A model generated the notes under the pieces. It ran no database searches, was not told the origin of the DNA, and saw only the letters and a program-made list of their open reading frames with translations. This document shows, piece by piece, positions 49,383-59,622 of a DNA stretch of 64,000 bases. This DNA comes from Hydrolagus colliei (Eukaryota): contig CM068743.1 in the NCBI GenBank assembly GCA_035084275.1, forward strand, positions 116,498,001-116,562,000, given 5' to 3'. Every line of letters begins with the position of its first letter. Position 1 is the first letter of the stretch. Made by a program: the position numbers and the translations under genes.

Positions 49383-49802
49383 ATGTCTCCACTTTACTGT
49401 CTGTTTGGGACGGCAGTTTTGCTCTGTAAGTGTGTCAAAGGTTTTTTTTATTCGCCGAATGTTTGGTCGTCTCTTCACGGTGGGAATCACTCCCGTTTGC
49501 TCTGTTTCTAGGTGGGAGTTTTGCTCAGGAAGTCGAACAGTATCCGTTATCGTTGACCAAACCTAAGATGAGAACGGTCAGAATGAAATGCGACATCAAG
49601 GGCTCACAGACTGTTCACTGGTACCAGTCTAAACCCGGCTCCCCGCTAACAAGGATTCTATATCAAGTTGACTCCAAATCACACCCAGACCCTGGCACCC
49701 CAAACAGGTTCTCAACGGAGACCAAGCCCAACCAGTTCATCCTCGTTGTTAACAACGTCGTTGAGGAGGATTCTGCCACTTATTACTGCGCTTACTGGGT
49801 GC
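49383..49802 (+). CDS. TRGV: TCR gamma V segment V9 (leader 49383-49425, V exon 49512-49802)
   Basis: Leader MSPLYCLFGTAVLL, GTAAGT/TTTCTAG intron, RMKC...HWYQS...YYCAYWV. Confidence 0.95.
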
Positions 49803-49841
49803 CACAGTGCCCAGCGGCCACACACACGCTTAACAAAAACC
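49803..49841 (+). other. 23-RSS of V9 (perfect consensus)
   Basis: CACAGTG + 23 nt + ACAAAAACC. Confidence 0.96.
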
Positions 49842-51140
49842 CCCGACACACAGGCACAGCTCTCCTCGTTCACTCGATCAGACCCAATGCTCGCTCTCCA
49901 CGCCCCCAATTCTACATTTTCATAATTGGAACATACGCTGTTATTGTGGTTAAATAGCTTGTAGTTTAAATTCTATCAACATAACACAGAGCGTATCAGG
50001 GTATTGAGGGATATTATACAATGCAGGCAAATAACAACATTACATTTGTATAGTGTCTGTCACATCCCAAGTAAGGTTTTTTTTAAGTGTTATTTACATC
50101 ATATCTGTGATTTTATTTTCCATTCCAGTAGCTGTTCTGTTAAAGTTCAGCTTTATTGCACCAATAGCAACGAAATGTCGTTACCTAACATGTCCTTTAA
50201 AAACAAATACAGGATTTGTGCCTGGACTTGTGTTTTTAATAGTTTAAAATGTGTACTAATAAAGTTATCCCAATTGTGCTAATGATAACCTCAGGTTGGT
50301 CACTGTAAACCATGGGAAAGTCCATACTCAGACAATTGTGCATTTTAAACACATAAACCTTTGCATAAACCTCTTAGTAAATGCACCTGGATATTTGTGA
50401 TTGTTTTCCAACACATTATACATTGCCTTTTAAATTTAGCAATGATCACTTTAAAATAGGACTGGCACTGTAATGTACACTCTGCACTCTCATTGCTTAT
50501 TTTGCAAATACATACAATATAAATGTTTTAAGTTGCCAACAATGCAATACAATTTACATTATTGGGCAAGTTCCACACGCCTAATAATAATCCCTCTAAA
50601 ATACAATAAGAAAATTGGTCATTTCAATCCACGACTGTTTGTGGGACACTGCTGTGCACAATTGGCTGCCAAGTTTTGCCCAATTTTTTTTCCAATCAAT
50701 TCACTTTACAGTGTATTCTGTGAAGTGCTTTGAGATGTTTAGAAAACATGAAAAGCGCTATATCAAATTCAAGGATTATTATATTATTATTATAAACTGT
50801 TGTGCCTTTCTCCAAGCACTTGACACTGCTGACTGGGCATCTGAGATGGGCTTTACAGCCAAAAGAGTTGGATAGGGAAAAGATGATTGAAAGCACAGTC
50901 AAAAAGATATGACATCAACCAACAGCTACCCCCAGCTCTTTAACACTCCTCAAGCTCCACTAAATTTCCACATCTGATTACATTGAACTCTCATGTCCAG
51001 CTAAAGTGAACTGCACTCATTAAGCCATATGTAGATTTAACATTGGCTGAAACAGATCCACATCATTTCCTGTTTGATTATATTTCATTAGCTCAGGAAC
51101 AGTTCAAAGCTGAATCAATTCAGTGTTCCACACTAGAAAC

Positions 51141-51582
51141 ATGAAGATCTATTTTGCTGTCATTTTGATCGGCTCTTTTTTATGTTAGTGTTTTAGGATC
51201 ACTTTTCTCCTGTTAATCATTTTATATTATTATTATATTGAATGTTAAAATAATATTACATTTATCTTTCTTTCAGCTGGATTGATTGCCTTGACTCAGC
51301 CTCAATTATCATTGATCAGTAAAGCCAAGAAAGCTGTGCAGATTTCCTGTATTATTGCTGGCGAAACTTTCAAGAATGATTTTGTTCACTGGTATCGTCA
51401 ATCTCCAGGTAAAGAGCTCCAGTGGATACTGTATTTTCAATCTCAACAAAAGAGGGAGATCGATTCTGCCTTTCAAGCCAGATTCCTTGCCGAAAAAGTT
51501 GAAGAAACCAAAACCTGCAAACTTATAATAACAGAAACTACCAATGCTGATACTGGGGTCTATTACTGTGCCGTATGGTCTT
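51141..51582 (+). CDS. TRGV: TCR gamma V segment V10 (leader 51141-51183, V exon 51277-51582)
   Basis: Leader MKIYFAVILIGSFL, GTTAGT/TTTCAG intron, QISC...HWYRQ...YYCAVWS. Confidence 0.95.
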
Positions 51583-51621
51583 CACAATGACAAAAATCTA
51601 CAGGAAACCCATACAAAAACC
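51583..51621 (+). other. 23-RSS of V10
   Basis: CACAATG + 23 nt + ACAAAAACC. Confidence 0.93.
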
Positions 51622-53460
51622 ATCAGCTTTGCCTTTGCACTCCTCAAGCTGTTGACGCAGAAAACCACATTGGCAACGATTTGAGATTTATATCTGTTCA
51701 ACAATGTGCCCCAAACATAAAAAGGAACCTCTTTATTTTCACAATTTAGCTACTTTTGAAGGTTATATGCAACAGAATGAATACATGTTTCATAAACCAT
51801 GGGTTGTAGAAATCCATCATATTTTGGGGATGAGGTGGCTTCGGTAGTATTTTTAACTTGGTGTAATAAATTAAATTGTAAAGTGAATTATTTTATACTT
51901 AAAATATTGAATGTCAGAGCAAGAGAAGGCCACAAATAAACTGCCATCTAGTTCTTGATAAAATGTTGCCACATCTTATTACAGTATTAATGTATTTTGT
52001 GAGGCTTATTGATGTATATTAATGGATAGGATTGTACATTTTATTGTAATTTAGACTTCATGAGTTTGTTGCGCTTGTTAAAAGGACGAATGTCAGTCGG
52101 TGCAGGGGAATGAAACCGTTGGCTGTTCTATACCTGACCTGGGAGTACATGATGACAATGTCTGCATGCTGTGCCTTGAAAAGCACAAACATTTGCTATA
52201 AAATGGGTAAACAAATACATACCGGGGTTAAGCTTAATTTGTTTTGTGAGAGGAGATCAGAGTACTGTACCATTTTAGATCTAATTGTTGGGTTACAATT
52301 AGATCTAATTGTTGGAAAGTGCAGGATAGAAGGGATTGAGAAGCTACATCACCTAACTCGGAGGCCACCCTCATATACAGACCACTTTGGCCCAATCCTC
52401 TGTGGTTTGATAGTATGTGATTTGGAAGAGAAAGACAAGGAATATTTATATTCAACACAAATACATGAAACAAGTGTAGTAATTAGTAACTATCTCATTA
52501 ATGATAATGAGGAAGACAATGCACTTGTTCTATAAGTCAGTATCAAAACATAGAGACCAAGAATACTGACATCGATGTGTAAGCAATTACGTTCTCTTTT
52601 TGCAGTAATACCACTCCTAATTCTATTTTGCTTGCATCTACTGATACATTTACTGTATTATTTATGGCATAAAATTGTAATACTGGGGCTTTTGGAACAG
52701 CTTTTTATTTTGCTAAACGGTTTCTGCTACTATTTCTTCCAGATAAATTTCCTATCTGCCTTTACTAATTCCTTTATTGGCCCCATGATTTCCATCATAT
52801 TTGAGATAATCCAGTTTACCATTCCCATTAGTCTTTTAACCCCTCCTTATCCTGTGGTGCTGGCATCATTGTTATTGCTTCAGCTTTCTTTGGATCCACC
52901 TTTTATGTTTTCCATGTTATTATATGTCCCAGGGCTTGACCTCTGCTATGCTTATTTTTCACTTTTTTCTATTTAATTTTACATTCTTGTCTCAGCATTT
53001 GCATAGTAATTTTACATTGTGCTCTTCCTTAGTACTTCCAAATATTATTATATCATCTATGTAATTTGTCATCTCTGATATCTCTTCTAATGTCTGTACT
53101 AATTTCCTCTCAAATATCTCCTGCTCTGACTTTATTCCAAATGGCATTCTTCTACAACAGTATCATCCGAAAAGTGTCAGGAATGTTGTTAAGGTATGCA
53201 TTGTTTTTTGTCAGCTTAATTTGCCAGTACCCTGAAGAACAATAAATGTAGATACATATCGCAAACAGTTTGTATAGCATACCTAAGGCACAATCTTGTC
53301 ATTTCCTCCTCCTTGAACACAGTTTCTCCACAGTCAAAATTATGAATTCCAAAATAAACATGCTAATTTTGTAGCTTTTTATTCAATTTATTTACCTGAC
53401 ATTTGAGAATATTATCAAAATTCAGTGATCTTAGAACAAGATCATCTAACTGAAAAGATT

Positions 53461-53770
53461 GAGTCCTGTAGCTCAGTGGTTAGAGCACTCACTTTACAAG
53501 CGAGAGACCTGGGTTCGTTTCCAGGCAGGTCAGGGCGAAACCTTGGGCAAGTTTCCTTACTCCACATGCCTGATAATAAACCTTCAAGAAAAAAACACAA
53601 TTAGAAATTGGTCATTTCAATCCACAACTATTTGTGGGACCCTGCTGTGCGCAATTGGCTGCCGTATTTCACCCAAAATATACAGTCAATTCACTTTACA
53701 GTACATTCTGTGAAGCGCTTTGAGACATCTAGAAGATGTGAAAAGCGCTATACCAAGTGCAAGGAATATT
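53461..53770 (+). mobile_element. tRNA-headed SINE, full length
   Basis: GAGTCCTGTAGCTCAGTGGTTAGAGC...GGTTCGTTTCC, core, stem-loop tail. Confidence 0.85.
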
Positions 53771-54129
53771 GGTATAGAAAAAAATTTTGCCCCATGAAAC
53801 ATGGCATACCTTTCCTCCAAGGTAAGTATTCCGTAATGCTATCTAAGTATGGCTTTATTTAGCATCTGTGGGTTGAGGCATATTCTTATTGACTTGTCTG
53901 GCTTTTCTATAATCACTATCGCACTCACCAAATCACCAGGTGTTTCTACTTTCTTTATGATTTTCTCCATTTCTATGTTCTTTTGTATGTCTTTCAATCT
54001 GTCTCATGGCTTCGGGCACTCATTTCAGTGGCTCTAATGCCAGTTGTATGTGGTCTTTGATCCTTAACTCATACTCTCTTTCATTAATCCTCTTTTACCA
54101 AACCTTGTTTGTATTTTCCTATTATTTCA

Positions 54130-54600
54130 ACAACAACTTGCATTAACTAGCACCCTCCAGTCCACACAGAGCACATAACAGTCCTGGAGCCTGGTGGGGG
54201 CTGGGTAGGGAGGGGGGGGGAGATTGGTTGGGGCTAGGGTGACTAGGTTTACTGGCGGGATGTGAAAAAGGGGAGAGGTGGCAAGGCAGAGGGTTTGAGG
54301 ATGAGTGTTCTAGAGTTTTGGGACGTAGTGGCCAAAAGTGTGATCTCCAATGGTTGAGTGGAGGGTGCAAGGGTACAAGCAGGAAGCTGGTGCCAGTCAA
54401 GTGAAGGCACCGGGTAGTGGATTGGGGAGTGATGAGATCAGAGGGGTAGGAAGGTGCCAGGGATTGAAGGGATTTGAACACAAGTGTGAGGATCTTGAAG
54501 TCAATCTGTTCACTGATGGGGAGCCAGTGGAAACTGGCTAGACTGGTGAGATAGGGGTACAGCATTTGGTCTGGGTAAATATGTGGGCAGCAGAGTTCTG
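54130..54600 (-). mobile_element. L2 3' fragment
   Basis: FHWLPISEQIDFKILTLVFK. Confidence 0.75.
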
Positions 54601-55319
54601 AATGAGATCAGAAAAACATTTATTGTGTTTCTAATCTCTTATTTTCTTCTTTCTTTACTTTTTTTTATTCTTTCAACAGTCCCATTTTAATTAGCTACTG
54701 TAATCTGAACAATGTGTCTGCATGTACTTTCACTATGTAAAATGGTATTTTATATAATTCATTTTTATACCTTGTTTCTACTTCTATTCTTTCTATCATT
54801 TCACTTTAACCTTTATCGTATGCCTTTAATCTTCCTTCTCCTGTCTCCACCATTTTCCTTTGTGGCTCTCCCAGCCTCATATATTCCTCTAATGATGATA
54901 TCACACTAGCTTGTGCTCCTATGTGCAATTTGCATTCTATGTTTTTTTTTCCTTTCATGGACCCATTCTTTATCTTCTCTTTCTTCTCTATCCATTTTTC
55001 CTGTAATTTCCATTGTATCAATATTGTATTCTCCTTCCCACTCACTACTATCGGATTCCAACACCGAGCTATCCAACATTGCACCATGCCTTGATTGTAC
55101 TTGTGCGATCTTCATGCTCTGATAATCACTCGTCCTCCTATATTCTCTTCTTCCTTGAAGGAGCACTATAGCTCAATGGATAGAGCACTTGCCTTGCAAG
55201 CAAGAGACCTGAGTTTGATTTCAGGCAAGGGGCAAAATCTTGGGCAAGTTTCCTTATTTCATATGCCTCATGGTAATTCCTAAAAAAAAAAAAGAAATTG
55301 GTCATTTCAATCCACGACT

Positions 55320-55702
55320 GCAGATTCGAGTGGCAAGTTGCCGAAAATCCAACAAAAAAATTAAACTTATTTTAAAACTAAAAAACTTAACACACTTAAA
55401 ATTAAAATGAACTTCTTTTAAAACATACTACATTAAGAATATAGTAATAATAACAGATTATTGTATGGATACTTACCAATAAAGCATTCCAGTACACTTG
55501 GTAAAATGATCGGTAAAAAAGCATTCCAGCGTTCATTAAGTTTAATAAGTGTGCAGGTGCACACATTGCACGCATGTGCAAAGTGAACATACTTTGTCCC
55601 GGATGGAGATCCAGTTGCTAGAATGGTGAAATATATTGGGAGATACCAGTTCGTTGAGAATGCCAGTCAGTTCGGTACCGGATAAACAAGGTTTTTACTG
55701 TA
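55320..55702. mobile_element. Probable Tigger-like transposon end
   Basis: CCGGATAAACAAGGTTTTTACTG|TA terminus resembles a pogo-family TIR; partner end not seen. Confidence 0.45.
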
Positions 55703-57009
55703 TAACAGAATCAATGACAAAATTACATTTGTATAGCGCCTTTATATGTTTTTCTTCTAGGTATGTATACTAGCCGTATGCAGTACTCTTCCTTCATCTT
55801 GTTCCCCATTTTGCTTAAACTCTTTCATATGTACTTCAGATATTTCTTCTGTGTTTATTATTTGTACCACTTTCTGGAACTCAAATCTTCCTGTTTCAGA
55901 AATTTGCCCCTTATTCTGTTACAGTATCTTCAATCTCTATCACAATTTGCTCTTTTATCATCTTGTCCCTCAGAGCTCCATAGTTGCATGTTTTGCTGCG
56001 TGACCTTAATGGCACAAAATATTGGGCATACAGTTCAGCAGGCCGTAGTTTTGTTGTGCCAAACTTAAACTGTCAGTGGTCCATTTATGCCTCAGGTTGA
56101 TAGTTAACTTCAATGGCCTTGGCCTTGTATTCTATTGTTCCAGTCTGCATCTTGTTTCCTTAATTCTGCGTCTAATTCATTCCAAAGTCAGTCCACTTCT
56201 GACACCATGTAATAAAACTCTATCCAAATTAAAGGTGTGTTCGTAACTTTGCACTTTGTCCCACTCCTAGAGTCCTTTCATCCTTTCTGCACTTCTTATT
56301 GATCTTTCATTAATTGTGCATTTACTCTTAAAGGAGTATCTAGCGAATATGACTGAGGAGAGTGAATGTCAAAAGAACACTAAAACCAGACATTAAACCT
56401 TGATGTCCTGCCTGTTAAAGTTGCCTGCCAGGTGGTTGTTAAATACCCCCATAGCACCTTGCACAAAGAGAAGGGGGGTTTATCGGGTGTTCCAGCCAAC
56501 AATCCCCAAGTAAAATTGATCACTCACTTCATGGCTATTTGTGGGACATTGCTGTGCTCAAATTTGGCTGCCTGGTTTCCTTACAGCCAAATCACTATAC
56601 AGTATATCCTGCTAAGTCCTTTGAGATGTCTCATTGATGTGATAAGCTGCTACATGAAATCCAATGATTATTTTTATTAATAATAATAATTTACAATATA
56701 TATTTGGATTCAAACCCCAATTTTTTAATATATAGTTTACACAGTAACATTCTCCAAGTATAAATGAAGTGTCAAACTTTGAGATGGGTGGAGGGAGAGC
56801 ATGGACCAGCCCCTTCCAAAAATCAACCACTCCTCTCCCATCAGAAATATCTTCCCAATTTTGGACGTTTGTGTGGTTACAATTGCTGTAAAGCTTGCGA
56901 TAGGAACAAAAAGATTTGGAGTAGATCATTGTGATATTGTGATGGGGTAAGTCTATTGACAAGTTTAAAGGTAGAAGCTAGAGTTATTGTAAAGTGATGT
57001 GATACTGTG

Positions 57010-57067
57010 GTAACCTCTGGTGCATATACAAAAATATTCGGCCAAGGAACTAAACTTATTGTTACAG
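57010..57067 (+). CDS. TRGJ: TCR gamma J segment J1 (VTSGAYTKIFGQGTKLIVT)
   Basis: 12-RSS AGTTATTGT(56982-56990)-12 nt-TACTGTG(57003-57009); FGxGT motif; GTAAGC donor. Confidence 0.93.
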
Positions 57068-57346
57068 GTAAGCTATTCTGTTTAAGAGACTATGTTCATG
57101 TGTTTACATATAAGTGTAGTGTGTTTAACAACATATAGCTAGAGACATCCCAGTTCATGAATGTAAGGTATAACATTGTCTTTCGCATTGGTATGGGCTG
57201 GATTCCCAATCAATTAAATATTTGGATGAGTATTTGAGAAAAAAAATTAAAAAATTAAAAATATTAAGGGATATTGGGAAAGACAACAACAAAATTACTC
57301 TTGTATAGCGTCTTTCAAGTTAGGAGGACTTCCCAAGGCGCTGAGT

Positions 57347-57639
57347 ACTAATCCTTGCATTTGATATAGCGCTTTTCGTGTCTTCTAGATGTCTCAAAGT
57401 GCTCCACAGAATATACTGTAAAGTGAATTGACTGTATATATGTGAGCAAAACGCGGCAGCCAATTGGGCACAGCAGTGTCCCACTAACAGTCTTGGATTG
57501 AAATGAACAATTTTTTTGAGGAATTTTTATTAGACGTGTGGAGTAAGGAAACTTGCCCAAGGTTTTGCTCTGTCTGGAATAGAACCCAGGTCTCTCGCTT
57601 GAAAGGCGAGTGCTCTAACCACTGAGCTTCAGGACTCCA
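57347..57639 (-). mobile_element. tRNA-headed SINE, full length, between J1 and J2
   Basis: Reverse complement of the 53461-53770 family. Confidence 0.85.
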
Positions 57640-57932
57640 GAGCTGGAAAGTGGGATTAAAAATAAGGTTGATAATACAGGTAGATATGAACACCGGTTTC
57701 TATTGCGTTACCTTTGATATTTGAGTGGTTAAAAAAAAATGCAAATTCTGGTATTAAACTCAGTGCTACAGGGGAGTTTGCAAACATCTTCCCATGTAAA
57801 TGATAATGTTTCAGTTCAGGCGATTGCCAACTGCCAATTGTTGGAGTTTGCCCCTCCAAGCCCCCGGTAAACTGATGTGTTAGTTGTATCGCTAGATTGC
57901 GGTTAGTTCTTGTGAGGCGATAGAACACTGTG

Positions 57933-57989
57933 ATACTTCGGGTGCATGGATCAAGCACTTTGGCAATGGAACTAAACTCATTGTAACAG
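57933..57989 (+). CDS. TRGJ: TCR gamma J segment J2 (TSGAWIKHFGNGTKLIVT)
   Basis: 12-RSS AGTTCTTGT(57905-57913)-12-CACTGTG(57926-57932); GTAAGG donor. Confidence 0.95.
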
Positions 57990-58371
57990 GTAAGGCTGTG
58001 GCTATGGAACAGCTTTCCCGTTAATCGCGGATTTCCGTGAGCTTGTATTTCAATGGTTATTCAGCATTTGGAGGCATCACATTGATACTTTCCATGCGTT
58101 TCACTTTCATGTGAATATCTCAAACGGCTTCACAGAATTAATTGCCTGGGTCCCGAGCTGCGGTTGGGGGGTGGTGGGGGGAGTGAGATGATTAAGGTGG
58201 GAATAGCTACAGAACGGGAATGTCACAGAGTTGTCCTGCTTTGTTAATGTAAAGCCCCGAGTCTCCAGGTTAAATGCACGGGACACTGGAAGTAAACCCG
58301 GTGTTGGTGGTAAGAGCCGGGTTAGGATTGGCGCTCACCCCGCATTTATTGTAGAGCATTGTATCGCTGTG

Positions 58372-58418
58372 GTCTTCTGGTCAGGTGTTCGGCGGAGGAA
58401 CCAAACTGTTAGTTACAG
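58372..58418 (+). CDS. TRGJ: TCR gamma J segment J3 (SSGQVFGGGTKLLVT)
   Basis: 12-RSS ATTTATTGT(58344-58352)-12-CGCTGTG(58365-58371); GTAAGC donor. Confidence 0.92.
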
Positions 58419-58617
58419 GTAAGCTTCTATCCAGTTCACTTCACTCTGATACTGGCCCACCATTCGGTTGGTTCAGTATTGCGATATTGGTGGATATCTA
58501 TGGTAACAGTGACACTGAGGGTTGGAGAGCAGAGGCATCGGGGCAGTGACAAGAACATGTTAGCGATGCCTATGAAAGACAGGTGGTGAGGTTTTAGCCC
58601 GATACTGTAACACTGTG

Positions 58618-58681
58618 CTAAACCAATATGGATGGCTTGATAAGCAAATATTCGGCACTGGAACTAAACTCGTCGTAACAG
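58618..58681 (+). CDS. TRGJ: TCR gamma J segment J4 (LNQYGWLDKQIFGTGTKLVVT)
   Basis: 12-RSS GGTTTTAGC(58590-58598)-12-CACTGTG(58611-58617); GTAAGA donor. Confidence 0.93.
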
Positions 58682-58871
58682 GTAAGAGTATTAATGAATG
58701 TTAATGATATCATTGTTAATGTTGGGGGGGGAAGTTATGAGAAGCAATGAGAGGTGAAGAGGCCACAGCAGCCGTTAGTGCTTTGCACGTCTTGTGGCGT
58801 TAGAGACCGTTGAAAGATCCGGAGAGAATCGTGTGTTTCCTTTAGTTATTGTGCTGCCTTCTAACACCGTG

Positions 58872-58927
58872 TTCAGCTGGTGGCTCAAGGCTGGTATTCG
58901 GCACTGGAACTAAACTCCTGGTTACCG
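58872..58927 (+). CDS. TRGJ: TCR gamma J segment J5 (SAGGSRLVFGTGTKLLVT)
   Basis: 12-RSS AGTTATTGT(58844-58852)-12-CACCGTG(58865-58871); GTAAGT donor. Confidence 0.95.
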
Positions 58928-58984
58928 GTAAGTGCAAGGTGCGAGGATCTGTACTGTTTGTATCCGAGGGAATCGATGGAGGAG

Positions 58985-59080
58985 TTACTAGCGATGGTCA
59001 GGTGTTTGGTGCAGGAAAAATATTAAGAGACTATAGAGTCACAGACTGTAGAGTTAAGAGACTCTATAGAGTTACAGGCC
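58985..59080 (+). pseudogene. J-like relic (GQVFGAG...RVTG) expanded by internal duplication
   Basis: GGTCAGGTGTTTGGTGCAGGA resembles J3 GGTCAGGTGTTCGGCGGAGGA. No valid heptamer and no donor. Confidence 0.5.
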
Positions 59081-59134
59081 GATCTCTCCAGCTCCAGTAA
59101 CTCTATAGTTATTGTACTGCACTTTAACACTGTG

Positions 59135-59179
59135 CAGGTTACAAGGTATTCGGCTCTGGAACTAAGCTCGTTGTTACAG
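59135..59179 (+). CDS. TRGJ: TCR gamma J segment J6 (GYKVFGSGTKLVVT)
   Basis: 12-RSS AGTTATTGT(59107-59115)-12-CACTGTG(59128-59134); GTAAAT donor. Confidence 0.95.
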
Positions 59180-59329
59180 GTAAATACTGTCTGTATGTTG
59201 CGTAAAAGGTGCTCCGGTTCAGAGTCACAGTCCTTAATATCATAATCTTCATTAACCCTGCGAGGCGCCGTGCGTGAGATATTGACTATTATTCTAATGA
59301 CCGGAGTAAAGTTGGGAGTCGGAAAAACA

Positions 59330-59450
59330 ACAACAATAATAATAATAATCCTTGCATTTGATATAGCGCCTTTCACGTCTTCTAGACGCCTCAAAGCGCT
59401 TCACGGAATATACTGTAAAGTGAATTGACTGTGTATTTGTGGGCGAAATT
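59330..59450 (-). mobile_element. SINE 3' fragment between J6 and the pseudo-J
   Basis: AATCCTTGCATTTGATATAGCGCC...AAGCGCTTCACGGAA tail. Confidence 0.75.
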
Positions 59451-59622
59451 CCTGTTACGAAAAAGATTGTGTTAGTTGCCTTTGTGCAAATATCCTCGGT
59501 AATTCTTTGGAGAGAGTGAGGCTGTGTTGGTCCTTGTGCGGTATTTGGTGTGGAAAATGTTTTAACAAAATAGATGAAAAGCCATAGGAGGAGACTGCAG
59601 GTCTGTAGCTGCTGTGCTGTAG

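Larger units (their letters stand above)
52560..56300 (-). mobile_element. Heavily degraded Ty3/Gypsy pol remnant, interrupted by SINE, L2 and DNA-element insertions
   Basis: Minus-strand RMPFGIKS (53133-53150), YIDDIII (53052-53063) and a protease-like IECKLHIGAQASVIS. Confidence 0.7.

Noticed and set aside
648-51582. Possibility of IgH-like or NAR-TCR V segments, or germline-joined VJ, as seen in shark TCR delta and Ig loci
   Set aside because: All ten V segments have their own leader and an unrearranged 23-RSS and look like TRGV. None is pre-joined.
53461-53535. tRNA-like sequences (also at about 10910, 22110, 35101, 43723, 55162, 57590)
   Set aside because: They are SINE heads continuous with core and tail, with no complete acceptor stem. 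They are not tRNA genes.
58490-58570. CACTGAG followed by ATCGGGGCAGTGACAAG as a possible J relic between J3 and J4
   Set aside because: No nonamer at 12 nt, and the similarity is too weak to support.
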